A stretch of DNA of 64,000 nucleotides. It comes from Octopus sinensis. Lineage: Eukaryota. The stretch lies in assembly GCF_006345805.1 (NCBI RefSeq), contig NC_043001.1, forward strand, positions 9,672,001 through 9,736,000, given 5' to 3'. Positions 1 through 12,523 of the stretch are shown here, one piece after another. The position numbers and the translations under genes are program-made. Under the pieces are notes generated by a model that did no database searches, was not told the origin of the DNA, and was given only the letters and a program-made list of their open reading frames with translations. The first letter of the stretch is position 1. Each line of letters starts with the position of its first letter.

Positions 1-371
1 ACAGAACCCGGAACCATGTGATTGTGAAGCAAGCTTCTTACCGAACAGCCACGCTTGCTAATATTTTCAACATTAAGCAGTCATTATAACTACAGGTTTG
101 AGACAGAAAAGAGAAACATGTTCTCTGACGGAAACCATTCCATTGGTAGACATGATGTTTGATATTCTCTCTTGGCATTGAGAATATTAATAATTATATC
201 ATTCATCATTGTCGATAATATCATAGGTTATCATATTTCACATATGAGCGTTTTGAATTCATTTCTATTTGGTACCAAACCGAAATAAATATTAGAATTG
301 ATACGATAGATTTGAATCTTGCCAAGTGACCTCTTCCCACTCACCGGAACGACAAAAGTGCAATCACGGAA

Positions 372-772
372 CCTATGGCTGTGTGATAGGAAACTTGCTT
401 CCCAACCACATGGTTCTGGGTTCAGTCCCACTGCGCGGCACCTTGGACAATTGTGTTCTGCTATAGCCACGGGCCGACCAAGCCTTATGAGTGAAATTGG
501 TAGACGGAAACTGAAAGAAGCCCATTGTGTATATGTGTGTATGTGTGTATTCATGTGTCTGTATTTGTCTCACCACCACCATCGCCTGACAACCGATGCT
601 GGTGTGTTTATGTCACTGTAACAGCGGTTCGGCAAAAGAAACCGATAGAGTAAGTACTAAGCTTAAAAAGAGCAAGTCCTGGGATCGATTTCTTCGACTA
701 AAAACCCTTTAAGGCGGTGCTTCAATATGGCCGCAGCCAAATGACTGAAACAAGTGAAAGAATAGAAGAATA
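372..772 (+). mobile_element. tRNA-derived SINE family A (Octopus-type, internal TA/TG microsatellite), near full length
   Basis: A-box-like TGGCTGTGTGATAG, B-box GGTTCAGTCCC, body ACCTTGGACAA...GTAGACGGAAACTGAAAGAAGCC, tail ATGGCCGCAGCCAAATGACTGAAACAAG; more than 12 copies in this window. Confidence 0.85.
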
Positions 773-817
773 GATAGACAGATAGATAGATATGGATTGA
801 TTGATAGATAGGCAGAC

Positions 818-893
<76 letters not shown>
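770..893. repeat. (GATA)n microsatellite at SINE tail
   Basis: Direct reading. Confidence 0.95.
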
Positions 894-896
<3 letters not shown>

Positions 897-1121
897 TTTC
901 TTTATTGGCCTTACAGGGCTGGACATAGAGGGGACAATTACAAATGTAGAGCTTTTCTTTTCGGAGGTGGAAAGATAGACAGACAGACAGAAAGACAGAT
1001 AGATACATACATACATATTTATATACATATATAAACATTATTATTTCTAAATCTCTCAAAGAGAGACATTCAGTAACAGTTCTTCAAAGTAAAGGTTATT
1101 TGCCAACATAATATGGCTGTC

Positions 1122-1386
1122 CTGGATGGGACGAATGTTACTGTTGTTTAGCCCCAAGAAACATCGTTTCCAGCTGACTATATGACACACTATCTGTGCC
1201 CTTATATTTTCGAACAGAGAATTCAGCATCCCCAACTAGCACAAAACAATATCTGTGGACTTGTTTCAAGGTTAAATCGATCATATCAACCTGTTCGAAA
1301 ATATAAGGACGCAGATAGTATGTCGTCTAGCCAGCTGGGAACGATGTTTCTTGGGGACTAAAGAACAGTGACAAAGTCCCTTCCAG
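1122..1386. mobile_element. Palindromic dispersed repeat (MITE-like) with ~95-bp inverted arms
   Basis: 1122-1217 is the approximate reverse complement of 1291-1386; the arm recurs at ~44272-44345 and ~49570-49700. Confidence 0.7.
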
Positions 1387-1547
1387 CCCGAAGCTATAGA
1401 AGCAAACACTTGCCTAAGGTAAGGTGCCACGCAGTGGGACTGAATTCGGAACCATGTGTACATTGTAGGATAGTGCCCCAGCATTGGCGCAGGCAATAAA
1501 TGACTAAAACCAGAAACCGAAACACACACACATAATAATTGTACATT

Positions 1548-2630
1548 CTTTTCTACTCTAGGTACAAGGTCTGAAATTTTGGGGGAGGGGGCCAGTGGAT
1601 TAAATCGATCCCAGTACGCAACTGGTACCTAATTTATCGACCTCGAAAGGATGAAAGCAAAGTCGGAATTTGAACTCAGAACGTTAAGACGGACGAAATA
1701 CCGCTAAGCATTTCGCCAAGCGTGCTAGCACAAGGCCCTATATTTTTGGAGAGAGAGCATGTCGATTAGATCGACCCCAGTACGTAACTAGTACTTAATT
1801 TATCGATCCTGAAAGGATGAAAGGCAAAGTTGACGTCGGTGGAATTTGAGTTCAGAACCTAAAGACAGACGAAATACCTATTTCTTTACTACCCACAAGG
1901 GGATAAACACAGAGAAGAAAAACAAGAACAGACAAACGGATTAAGTCGATTCTATCGACCACCCCAAAAGGATGAAAGGCAAAGTCGACCCCGGCGGAAT
2001 TTGAACTCAGAATGTAACGACAGACGAAATACCTATTTCTTTACTACGCACAAGGAGCTAAACACAGAGGGGACAAACGGATTAAGTCGATTATATCGAC
2101 CCAGTGCGTAACTGGTACTTATTTAATTGACCCGAAAGGATGAAAGGCAAAGTCGACCTCGACGGAATTTGAACTCAGAGCGTAGCGGCAGACGAAATAC
2201 CGCTAAGCATTGCGCCTGGCGTGCTCACGATTCTTTTCCACTGAAGGCACAAGGCCCTATATTTTTGGAGAGAGGGCCTGTCGATTAGATCGACGTCAGT
2301 ACGTAACTAGTACTTAATTTATCGATCCTGAAAGGATGAAAGGCAAAGTTGACCTGGCGGAATTTGGACTCAGAACGTAACGGCAGACGAAATAGCTATT
2401 TCTTTACTACCCACAAGGGGGGAAAACACAAAGAGGAGAAACAAGGACAGACAACGGATTAAGTCGATTATATCGACCCCAGTGCGTAACTGGTACTTAT
2501 TTAATCGACCCCGAAAGGATGAAAGGCAAAGTCGACCTCGGCGGAATTTGAACTCAGAACGTAGCGGCAGACGAAATACCGCTGAGCATTTCGCCCTGCA
2601 GCGCGGTAACGTTTCTGCCGGCTCGCCACC
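1548..2630 (-). mobile_element. Multimeric array of SINE family B (six core units)
   Basis: Core GAAAGGATGAAAGGCAAAGTCGACCTCGGCGGAATTTGAACTCAGAAC occurs six times, some copies degenerate; imperfect flanking direct repeat TAATAATTRTAYATT (1533-1547, 2634-2648). Confidence 0.85.
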
Positions 2631-2920
2631 GTGTAATAATTATATATTACATTTTAATATATATGCCACAATTTGTGTTTGTGTCGCAGTCACTTAACAT
2701 ATTACATGTTCACAGCGCTGAATCCATTTCAATTTGTACTCTTGTGGATCTTTGCTTAAAACATGTGTTCTTGATTTATTTTGAGAAATGATTATATTTA
2801 ATCGCTCTAGGTATAGATAATACATATTTATTGATGCAAACAGCGGCGACAAGTCCACATAAACTTTGATATATTTGGATTTTATGAGGCTTTTCGGTCT
2901 GCACCATGTGACACTTTTGT

Positions 2921-2951
<31 letters not shown>

Positions 2952-3080
2952 AGCCTGGATTCATTTGAATTCTCTTTTGTTTATCTTTCCGGCTGAGAAA
3001 ACTTTAACTTGCTTCTGAATGAATGCAGTATGTTTGCAGAAACAGAATGTTTCCGGTGTGGCAATGCAGATCTTATTTTG

Positions 3081-3445
3081 ATACATACATACACACACAC
3101 ATACATACATACATACATACATGCATACATACATACACACGTGAATACATACATACATACATACATACATACATACATACATACATACATACATACATAC
3201 ATACATGCATACATACACACACGTGAATACATACATACGTACGTACATACATACATACATACATACATACATACATACATACACACACACGTGAATACAT
3301 ACATACATACATACATACATACATACATGCAAGCAAACATACACACATACATACATACATACATACATACATACATACATACATACATACATACATACAT
3401 ACATACATGCAAGCAAACACACACATACGCTCATGCATACATACT
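3081..3445. repeat. (TACA)n microsatellite array
   Basis: Direct reading; source of the CMYV/HTYI pseudo-ORFs. Confidence 0.95.
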
Positions 3446-3447
3446 TA

Positions 3448-3602
3448 CGTAGGAGTGGCTGTTGTTATGAACCATATGGTTCCGGGTTCAGTCCCACTTC
3501 GCAGCACCTTGGTCAAGTGTCTTCTACTGTAACCTCGGGCCGACCAAAGCCTTGTGAGTGGATTTGGTAGACGGAAACTGAAAGAAGCCCGTCGTATATA
3601 TG

Positions 3603-3639
<37 letters not shown>

Positions 3640-3871
3640 GTGTGTATGTCTGTGTACATGTTTCTGTGTCTGTGCTTGTCCCCCAACATCACTTGACAAC
3701 CGATGCTGGTGTGTTTACGTCCTCGTAACTTAGCAGTTCGGCAGAAGAGACCGATAGAATAAGTACTAGGCTTATAAAGAATAAGTCCTGGGGGGGATTT
3801 GCTCGAATAAAGGCGGTGCTCCATCATGGCCACAATCAAATGACTGAAACAAGTAAAAGAGTAAAAGAGAG
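3448..3871 (+). mobile_element. SINE family A
   Basis: GGAGTGGCTG head, GGTTCAGTCCCAC B-box, internal (TA)n, GACTGAAACAAGTAAAAGAG tail. Confidence 0.9.
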
Positions 3872-4390
3872 TTACGTACACACACACACAAATATACATA
3901 CATACATACATGCGTACGTACGTATACACACATACACACACGCAAGAATACATACATACACATGCATACATATGTGCATGCATTGCGTCCACACATACAT
4001 ACATAAGTACACACACACAAATATACATAAATACACATACATACATATATAAATGCATGCATGCATACACACATACATACAATCATAATATACATATGTA
4101 TACACTAATGTCTTTTAAGTTCTGTCATTTGACTGCGGCCATGCTGGGGCACCGCCTTGAATTTCCACTCGAATGAATGAATCAACACCAGGACTTTTTG
4201 AAGCAGGTACTTATTCTATCGGTCTATTTTGCCGAACCGCTAAGTTATGGGGATGCAAACACGCCAACACCGGTTGTCAAACAGTGGTGGAGGTTGTCAA
4301 GCAGTGGTGGTGGTTGTGATGGTAGATATAATGGCAGTGGTGACGGCGACTGCCATTTTTGCCGGTGGTGGTGTTCTCATGACTGTTATG

Positions 4391-4713
4391 AAGGCACGTG
4401 GATGAGTGGCTAGCGCATTCGGCTCACGATCGTGAAGTCGTGAGTTCAATTCCCGGCGACACTTTGTGTCCTTGAGCAAGACACTTTATTTCACGTTGCT
4501 CCAGTCCACTCAGCTGGAAAAAATTAGTCGTACCTGTAATCCAAAGGGGCCAGCCTTGTCACATTCTGCGTCATGCTGAATCTCCTTGAAAACTACATTA
4601 AAGGCAAACGTGTCTGTGGAATGCTCAGCCACTTGCACGTTAATTTCACAAGCAGGCTGTTCCGTTGATCGAGTCAACTGGGACCCTCGTCGTCGCAACT
4701 GACGGAGTTCCAG
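4391..4713 (+). mobile_element. tRNA-derived SINE family C (CORE-like TCCTTGAGCAAGACACTT body)
   Basis: tRNA-like head with GAGTTCAATTCCC B-box; body shared with 39238-39490 and 43260-43626. Confidence 0.85.
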
Positions 4714-5417
4714 CTGTTGTCTGTTACGTCTAGCGCTCAAAGGGTAAAATGTATACCAGCAATCAGTTATGGGACGAGTTCAAATCCATTCATTCTTCCG
4801 TAGACGATTTCCTCTTTGCCACAATAATAAAACTATCAGTCAATCAATCAGCTAATATTGTTTCCCCATTCACTGAATAATTATATCTAATTAGGTTTTT
4901 TGGATGCTCAATTAATTATCATTATTCCACGTCTATATCACACCTTTACATTATTTCTAAATCGTTCAAACCACAATGGGCTTGGTAATCTGTGATTGTT
5001 CTTTCCGAGATTAAAAACGCATTTGAAAGACCGCGATTACTGTGAACTGTCAACATCAGAACATTTCTCAAGGGAGTCAAGATACGAATGCTAATATTGT
5101 AGCGGCTAATGTTTACTAATTTAAGTGTTGATGCTAATTTAAATGTGTTTTCGTACACATGGCATCACTGTATAATTAAATTCAAAGATTTGTTCTAGTG
5201 TGCATGTTATTGTTTTTCCTAAATATGCAAATTTTTCTTGACAACGCGTGTACAACATTGTACATCTTCTAAGGGATGGTTGTTTTCTCATCACCTCTTT
5301 TGCAAATTCGGTAGAGTTTATACTTCGTGGAAGAGGTTTCATAAGCCCAAAACACGTTAGGGTCAGGAGTTATTTCCCGTACTTACCAAAATAATTTCAT
5401 CAATATATTATTTACAG

Positions 5418-5634
5418 AGCTAAGGCGGCGATCTGACAGAATCATAAGCACACCGGGCAAAATGTTTAGCGGCGTTTCTTCCGGTTTTACGTCTAAAGGT
5501 CGAATTCTGCCGAGGTCAACTTTGCCTTCCGTCCTTCGGAATCGATAAAATATGTATCAGTGAACATTGGGGTTGATGTAATCAACTGACTCACGTCCCA
5601 AAATTTCAGGGCTTGTGCTTATCGTAGAGATAAT
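5418..5634 (+). mobile_element. SINE family B with 14-bp target-site duplication
   Basis: GGCGGCG head and B core; TATATTATTTACAG at both 5404-5417 and 5635-5648. Confidence 0.85.
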
Positions 5635-6258
5635 TATATTATTTACAGTTAATGCATTTTCCTCAACACATAGATATTTCTAATTAGATTTTTAATGCTT
5701 GCTCACAACATTAAACGTGTCAATGCTAACTTAAATGTCTGTGGAGTGTCTGTGTAATTACATTCGGTGATTAAATTTGTTTTATAAATTAAGCACTAGT
5801 CAAGGTCTTGGAAGAATTCAATGGAATATAGCCTCGACTGCGAGGATTATAGGTGGTAGAAGCAATAGAGTGACAAACTAGATGATGTGTACAAGGTTTA
5901 TTTTTTTATGTATCTGAACATTTTAAATTGAAACCTTGTTGAAGGAAACCTTGACATACTCTTAAGGGTCGATAAGATATTTGCCCTCAAAATGCTGGAA
6001 GGTCACATCTCACTGAACGCTACTGTTGGTATCATACAATCCAGTACTGTATGTTACATAAATAGGACGTCTGTGACTAAATTGGTTCACCAGCCAAATT
6101 TACCTGGGGTGGAGGGTTACAAGACACGCTGTAGGACTAAAACAAAAGATGGCAAGAAAACAGATGAACGGGTCAACGTACGGCAACAGTAATTTGATTG
6201 TCCAGAGGTCAACCGGTAGAATGCCGGCTTGAATTTATTAAAGCAGCCAGTTAGCTTT

Positions 6259-6632
6259 ATCTTTTACTTGTTTCTGTCCTTTGACTGCGGCCATGCTGGG
6301 CCACCACCTTGAAGAATTTTTTGTGGAATAAATCGATCACAGGGCTTTTTTTTTAAAGCCTGGTAATTATTCTGTCAGTATCTATTGTCGAACTGCTAAA
6401 TTACGGAGACACAAAGACACCAACACCGGTTTGTCAAGCGATGGTGGGGCACAAACACAGACACACACAATGGGCTTCTTTCAGTTTCCGTATACCAAAT
6501 CCATTCACATTGCTTTGGTCGGCCCGAGTCTATAGTAGAAGACACTTGCCCAATGTGCGGTGCAGTGGGACTGAACCCTGAACCAAGTGGTCAGGAAACA
6601 AACTTCTTACCACACGGCCACGACAGCACCTA
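6259..6632 (-). mobile_element. SINE family A (diverged)
   Basis: Reverse complement of the family A head, body and tail. Confidence 0.85.
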
Positions 6633-7299
6633 CTGATGTTAGGTTAAGACTTTAAATTGTAGAAATACCGGATCCAATTATGTCAAGAGTTAAAATGGTA
6701 GCTGTGTCGGATTAAATGGTAGATATGCCGGATTAAAAGATTTACAGTTATTCATTACATCTAGTGTTTTCAAATCCAACCATCCTATAGTAGACGTCTT
6801 CCATATTTGGCGCAATAATTAAAATAATATCAATTAGTCAGCTAATGTTATTTTCCCCTCAAAGCGTAATTATTTTTAATTAAGTTTTTGATGCTCGTCT
6901 AATTACGTCGATTTTGTGTCTATACCGCATCTTGCCATTATATCTAAATCACCCAAACAACAATGGATTTAGAAATCTGTGTTTTCTTGTTTTGTTGTTT
7001 TTTTCTGAAGCCAGGAAGAAATTCGAAAGATTACAACTACTTTCAGCTCAATTCTCAAACCATTTCTAAAAGAAGTAGCGATGAGAATACCTGTGATGTG
7101 CTTATCATACCATTATGCACAAGAACATACATTTTCACCCAAGATCCAGTAATTGTCTTTGCTTAAATCTGGTGACTGATGATGATCCTAAACTCGACAG
7201 AGTGGCACACTTGAATTTAAGCTCCAGGCCTGCTCTTATTGATGGACTTATGATCAAAGTCTTTATTTACATTATTTACATTTGTCGAATATTTGTCCT

Positions 7300-7344
7300 C
7301 ACAACGTTTCGGCTGATATACCCTCCAGCCTTCATCAGGTGTCT
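7300..7344 (-). ncRNA. Minimal type-I hammerhead ribozyme motif (Penelope-type) in a ~130-bp cassette (7262-7388)
   Basis: Minus strand AGACAC-CUGAUGA-A-GGCUG-gagggtatat-CAGCC-GAAAC-GU-U-GUG: canonical core, 5-bp stem II, palindromic AACGUU at stem III, CAC/GUG stem I. Confidence 0.7.
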
Positions 7345-7534
7345 TGGGAAATTTCAAACCTTGGCTTTGTTATCTCATTTTCCCTAATGTATATACATGC
7401 ATGCTAATACAAGATCCATGTTAGACTCCTCACTCGTATCACTGTCGAACCAAGAGTTTGACTACGATCTGTCCATAGCACTTACTTAGCGTTGCCTGCC
7501 ACTCTTTGGGTCTTCTAGACCAATATCTCTCATG

Positions 7535-7569
<35 letters not shown>

Positions 7570-7599
7570 GTTAAACCTCGCTAAGATAAATATTTCAAT

Positions 7600-7662
7600 C
7601 ACTTGAAGATTGACTGTAACTCGAATTTTTACGAATTGGACAGCCATGAAACGATCGTAGTG
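7600..7662 (+). ncRNA. Degenerate type-I hammerhead ribozyme motif in a TA-flanked cassette (~7570-7790)
   Basis: CAC-UUGAAGA-U-UGACUGU...ACAGCCA-U-GAAAC-GAUC-GUA-GUG: palindromic GAUC loop III, GUA cleavage triplet, CAC/GUG stem I; C3 replaced by U. Confidence 0.6.
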
Positions 7663-7789
7663 TTATACTCATTATCTTTTTTTAATAATTTTGATATATA
7701 TTTAAAATAATATAAATTAATTAATCTTATGTATTGGCTTAAGTTTTTCATTGTATGATTTGCCTAATACTGGTTTTATCTCTAATTTA

Positions 7790-7794
7790 ATATA

Positions 7795-7846
<52 letters not shown>

Positions 7847-7849
7847 GTG

Positions 7850-7931
<82 letters not shown>

Positions 7932-8061
7932 GTATATATATGTATATGTATATATATATACATATATGTATACATATATATATGTATATAATATATGTAT
8001 ACATATATATATGTATATATATATATATTATGTATATATATATATATATATATAGTATATA

Positions 8062-8107
<46 letters not shown>

Positions 8108-8135
8108 ATGTATGTATGTATATATGTATGTATGT
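7790..8135. repeat. (TA)n/(TATG)n microsatellite
   Basis: Direct reading. Confidence 0.95.
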
Positions 8136-8490
8136 GCAAGACCCTGCCTCAGTAAAACTGGACTCAAGAGTCATCTTCGTAGTCATAAAGCGAGACAGAT
8201 GAGTGACAACCTGGCCACTGGTGGTGGTGGTACACACCATACTAATCATATCTGTCGGGCATGTGGAAGAGAGTGTAATTCGGCAGGAGGACTTAAATGA
8301 CATGCAAAGGTACATGAAGCCCAGTTACAACTACAGCCGGCTTTTTACCGGTAAAGGTTGTAGTTGCCAATTCTGTACAAGACATTGTAGATCTTTGGCT
8401 GGGCTAAAAAGTCACATTCGATCACAGCACCAGTAACAGTTAAGCTTCGTGCAATGGCCATACTCGACAACGAGGGGGCAGCCATCATGT
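8128..8490 (+). pseudogene. 5'-truncated 3' end of an RTE-type LINE encoding three C2H2 zinc fingers plus a short 3'UTR
   Basis: [63 protein letters not shown]; TGA at 8298-8300 (likely from CGA), frameshift in the T-run near 8342-8347, stop at 8434-8436, then GGCCATACTCGACAACGAGG and a TATG-type tail. Confidence 0.7.
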
Positions 8491-8892
8491 ATGTATATAG
8501 ACATACGCACATACAGTGTGTATATGTATTATATAAATGCATAAATAGCTCTTTATTCTGATCTATAACAAAGCTGCTGATCTATAACAATGACGATATG
8601 GGCCGGACAGAAGGTGTACGGTCGGGGTCCAACCGGCTGAAAAGAGCTAAATGCACCTCAAATGACATCGTTTCATCTTACGGGTATATCGATCCTTTTC
8701 GTTATAGATACCAGATTTGATTGATTCCAGTATTCTACTGGGATTTATTGGCAACGAAAGAATGAAAAACAAAGTTGATCACGGTGGTATTTGATCTGAC
8801 ATAACGGTGCACAAAATCCTACTAAGCATTTGGTCCGGCGATATAACGATTCTGCCAGCTCACCAACTTATCAATAATAATAATAATAATAA

Positions 8893-9445
8893 TTGATGCA
8901 GTACCAGGCAGTGGCTCTCATGGCTTCTGATCTTAACTGATTTGAAATGTTATCATGTACATTGTTTTGTCTTGGTATAAAAGATGGGCTACAGCAAATA
9001 TTCTGCTCAATACCACAGATTTGCTTGTCAGTTGTTTGACCGTAACCAGTTGAGCATGTCCCTTAGTGGCTGACGATATGTGCATCTCTGATCACGAGCA
9101 GAAGTAGTGGGGGAGCATCATAGCCATGTGTTGAGAGGGATTCTTTGGGGTTTGAATAATTCACCTCTGGAAACATGGGTGGTTCTTTCAACATCCTTAA
9201 ACAACCCTTATTCAGGGACCGTTTGAGTGGGATGGGCTACTCAACCTGAAGAAAATTCTAACTGGGCCCCACCTGCAAGGTCATGTGCTGTTTATCTTGA
9301 TATGAGATCACCATGTCGCGCACATACGGTTGTGATGCATGTGCCTGGTGTACCTTTATCAGACGGGTAGTCATGATGGGTATATTGGGCTTCGTATATT
9401 TTACCCCAGTGTCACTTTGATGGCATGAACTGCTCTCTCACTCAA
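8893..9445. mobile_element. Unclassified interspersed repeat (family E) embedded in (AAT)n
   Basis: Second copy in opposite orientation at ~36297-36592; (AAT)n on both flanks. Confidence 0.75.
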
Positions 9446-9459
9446 TAATAATAATAATA

Positions 9460-9814
9460 AGGCGAGCCGGCAGAAACGTTAGCACGCCGGGAGAAATGCT
9501 TAGCGGTATTTCGCCTGCCGTTACGTTCTGAGTTCAAATTCCGCCGAGGTCGACTTTGCCTTCCATCCTTTCGGGGTCGATTAAATAAGTACCATTTACA
9601 CACAGGGGTCGATATAATCGACTTAATCCGTTTGTCTGTCCTTGTTTGTCCTCGTGTTTCTTCTGTCTTTACGTTCTGAGTTCAAATTACGCCGAGGTCG
9701 ACTTTGCCTTTCATCCTTTCGGGGTCGATAAATTAAGTACCAGTTGCGTACTGGGATTGATCTAATCGACTGGCCCCCTCTCCAAAAATATCGGGGCTTG
9801 TGCCTAGAGTAGAA

Positions 9815-9815
<1 letters not shown>
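9460..9815 (+). mobile_element. SINE family B (dimeric core) with (AAT)n tail
   Basis: GGCGAGCCGGCAGAAACGTTAGCAC head; two GAGTTCAAATT..GAGGTCGACTTTGCCTT..CATCCTTTCGGGGTCGAT cores. Confidence 0.9.
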
Positions 9816-9850
<35 letters not shown>

Positions 9851-9853
<3 letters not shown>

Positions 9854-10256
9854 CTTTACTCTCTTTTACTTGTTTCAGTCATTTGATTGTGGCCATGCTG
9901 GAGCACCGCCTTTAGTCGAGCAAATCGACCCCAGGACTTATTCTTTGTAAGCCTAGTACTTATTCTATCGGTCTCTTTTTGCCGAACCGCTATGGTAAGG
10001 GGACGTAAATACACCAGCATCGGTTGTCAAGCGATGTTGGGAGGAAAAACGCAGACATACACACACACATACATATATACATATATATATACAACGGGCT
10101 TCTTTCAGTTTCCGTCTACCAAATCCACTCATAAGGCTTTGGTCGGCCCGCGGCTATAGTAGAAGACACTTGGCCAAGGTGCCATGCAGTGGGACTGAAC
10201 CCGGGACCATGTGGTTGGTAAGCAAGCTACTTACCACACAGCCACTCCTACGCCTA
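9851..10256 (-). mobile_element. SINE family A, full length
   Basis: Complete reverse-complement match to family A. Confidence 0.9.
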
Positions 10257-10830
10257 ATAGGCACAAGACCTGAAATTTTGGTGGAAGTGTAGCGTGGGGT
10301 GGGGGAGGTTAGTCGATTACACTAACGCCAGTACTCAACTGCTACTTATTTTATCGACCCCACGAAAGTATGAAAGGCAAAGCCAACTTCGGCTGAATTT
10401 GAACTCAATAACAGTAATATTAATGATTTTTAAATTTTGGCATAAGGCCATCAGTTTCGTGGGAGGGGGCTACGTCCATTACATTGACTCCAATGCTCGA
10501 CTGGTACTTATTTTATCGGCACCCCTCACCACTGCCCACCGAAAGGATGAAAGGCAAAGTCGACATCGGCGGAATTTGAACTCAGAAGGTAAAGACAGAC
10601 GAAATACCTATTTCTTTACTACCCACAAGGGGCTAAACACAGAGGGGACAAACAAGGACAGACAAACGGATTGACTCGATTATATCGACCCCAGTGCATA
10701 ACTGGTAGTTATTTAATCGACCTCGAAAGGATGAAAGGCAAAGTCGACCGCGGTGGAATTTGAACTCAGAACGGAAAGACAGACGAAATGCCGCTAAGCA
10801 TTTAGCCCAGCGTGCTAACCATTCTGCCAC
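10257..10830 (-). mobile_element. SINE family B cluster
   Basis: Three B cores on the minus strand with the head near 10830. Confidence 0.8.
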
Positions 10831-12491
10831 CTGGCCGCCATATCAATAATAATTGTAATAATAATAGTAGTAATAATAATAACAAATCACATCGAATTAC
10901 GTCGTGGCAGATATACATACTCAATGAGGTGGGCATTGTAGGAAAGTCTGTGATCCGAGGTCTGCATAATTGTGGTTGAACTATAACTGAGGTTAGAATA
11001 ATAACAACGAATAGTACATCATTCACAACAACAACAACAGCAACAATACTAGTGACATGTAAATATAAACAAATAAATGTATAAAATTGCCAGTATCGTG
11101 AAATGACGGATGGAGAAGCTTCGTGACTTCAATAAGAGGCGACAGGTGAGAGGAGAGAGAGAAACGTCAGGTGAAAGGTACGCTCTTGTGTCCGCCTTCA
11201 CGATATGTTTACATATAATATATAGGTAGGTAGAGAGAGAGAGAGAGAGGTAGGTAGGTAGGTAGGTAGATAGGTAGGTAGGTAGGTAGGTAGATAGATA
11301 GGTAGATAGATAGATAGGTAGGTAGACAAACAGATATATAGATATATAGATAGACAGACAGGTAGGTAGACAGACAGATAGATAGACAGGTAGGTAGATG
11401 CATACATACGTGTGTATATATATATACATATGTATATATACATGTATGTATGTATATATATATATATATATACATATACACACACATAAAATATGTATTT
11501 TTGTTGTCAGCGACTTACAGCTCCAGGTCAATCCTCGACGACGTTCTAACCATGCCCTTGCAGCTGACTATATGAATTCATTATCGTTTAGAGACGATAC
11601 TGTGTGATTAGAGAGACCAATGGTGTCAGTGGTGGTTTATTTCAGCCTCAGGTCACTCCTGACTTAGCAACCGAAGCACAAACTATACGCCGCCCCCTCT
11701 ACTGTCATTCTCTTGGATATGGAGTACCTTGGAATACATCATCCAATGTACCTTGCCTTTCTTTTTGTTTTTCTAAGAGTGTGTTTTGCGAGAGATTTTA
11801 CTGCTATTTCTAGCAAATTGAGCGACCACGTGAGGCACCTCGTGTTACCAGCGTATTGCTGCGGTTTTAACCTTGATTAAAGGGATTTTTTACCCAAATC
11901 ATTCCACCCATGGCCATCTCATCATGTATATCCGACACTGGTGTATCTAAGAATATAGTGTCCAATGTCATTAATTTCTCCGAGGCGGTTAATTTAAGAC
12001 TTCAGAGAGAATTCGACTGCTATTTCTAGCATTTTGGGATGACTATTTCGAATCTCCTTTTTACGATCGTGATAGTGATTGCTTGAAAGGCGCCTGTTGG
12101 GTCAACATTACACACACACACACACACACATGCCAGCACTGTTTGGTGCCTATGGATTGCCAAAGTTGCAAAGAATGAAAGAAAAAGGAAGTCGTTCTTC
12201 GGAAAGTGTCCTTCCTTCTCCATTTATTTCCTCCTTCTTTACGGTTTCAATCAAACCTTCTGCTGCTAACGTTCTTAAAATCGAACACTATTCATAATAG
12301 TGTACTTGTGTGTGCGTATACAAAGAATATGAATATATATACACACACACACAGACAAAAATATTGATATAAACACACGTAAATGCCAATATTTCTTCCT
12401 CTCTCTTTACGATAAACAGACATACACACAGACATATATATATATATATCATCATCATCGTTTAACGTCCGTTTTCCATGCCAGCATGGGT

Positions 12492-12523
<32 letters not shown>

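Noticed and set aside
2961-3452. Long ORFs rich in [12 protein letters not shown], here and throughout the ORF track
   Set aside because: Translations of stop-free microsatellites, not proteins.
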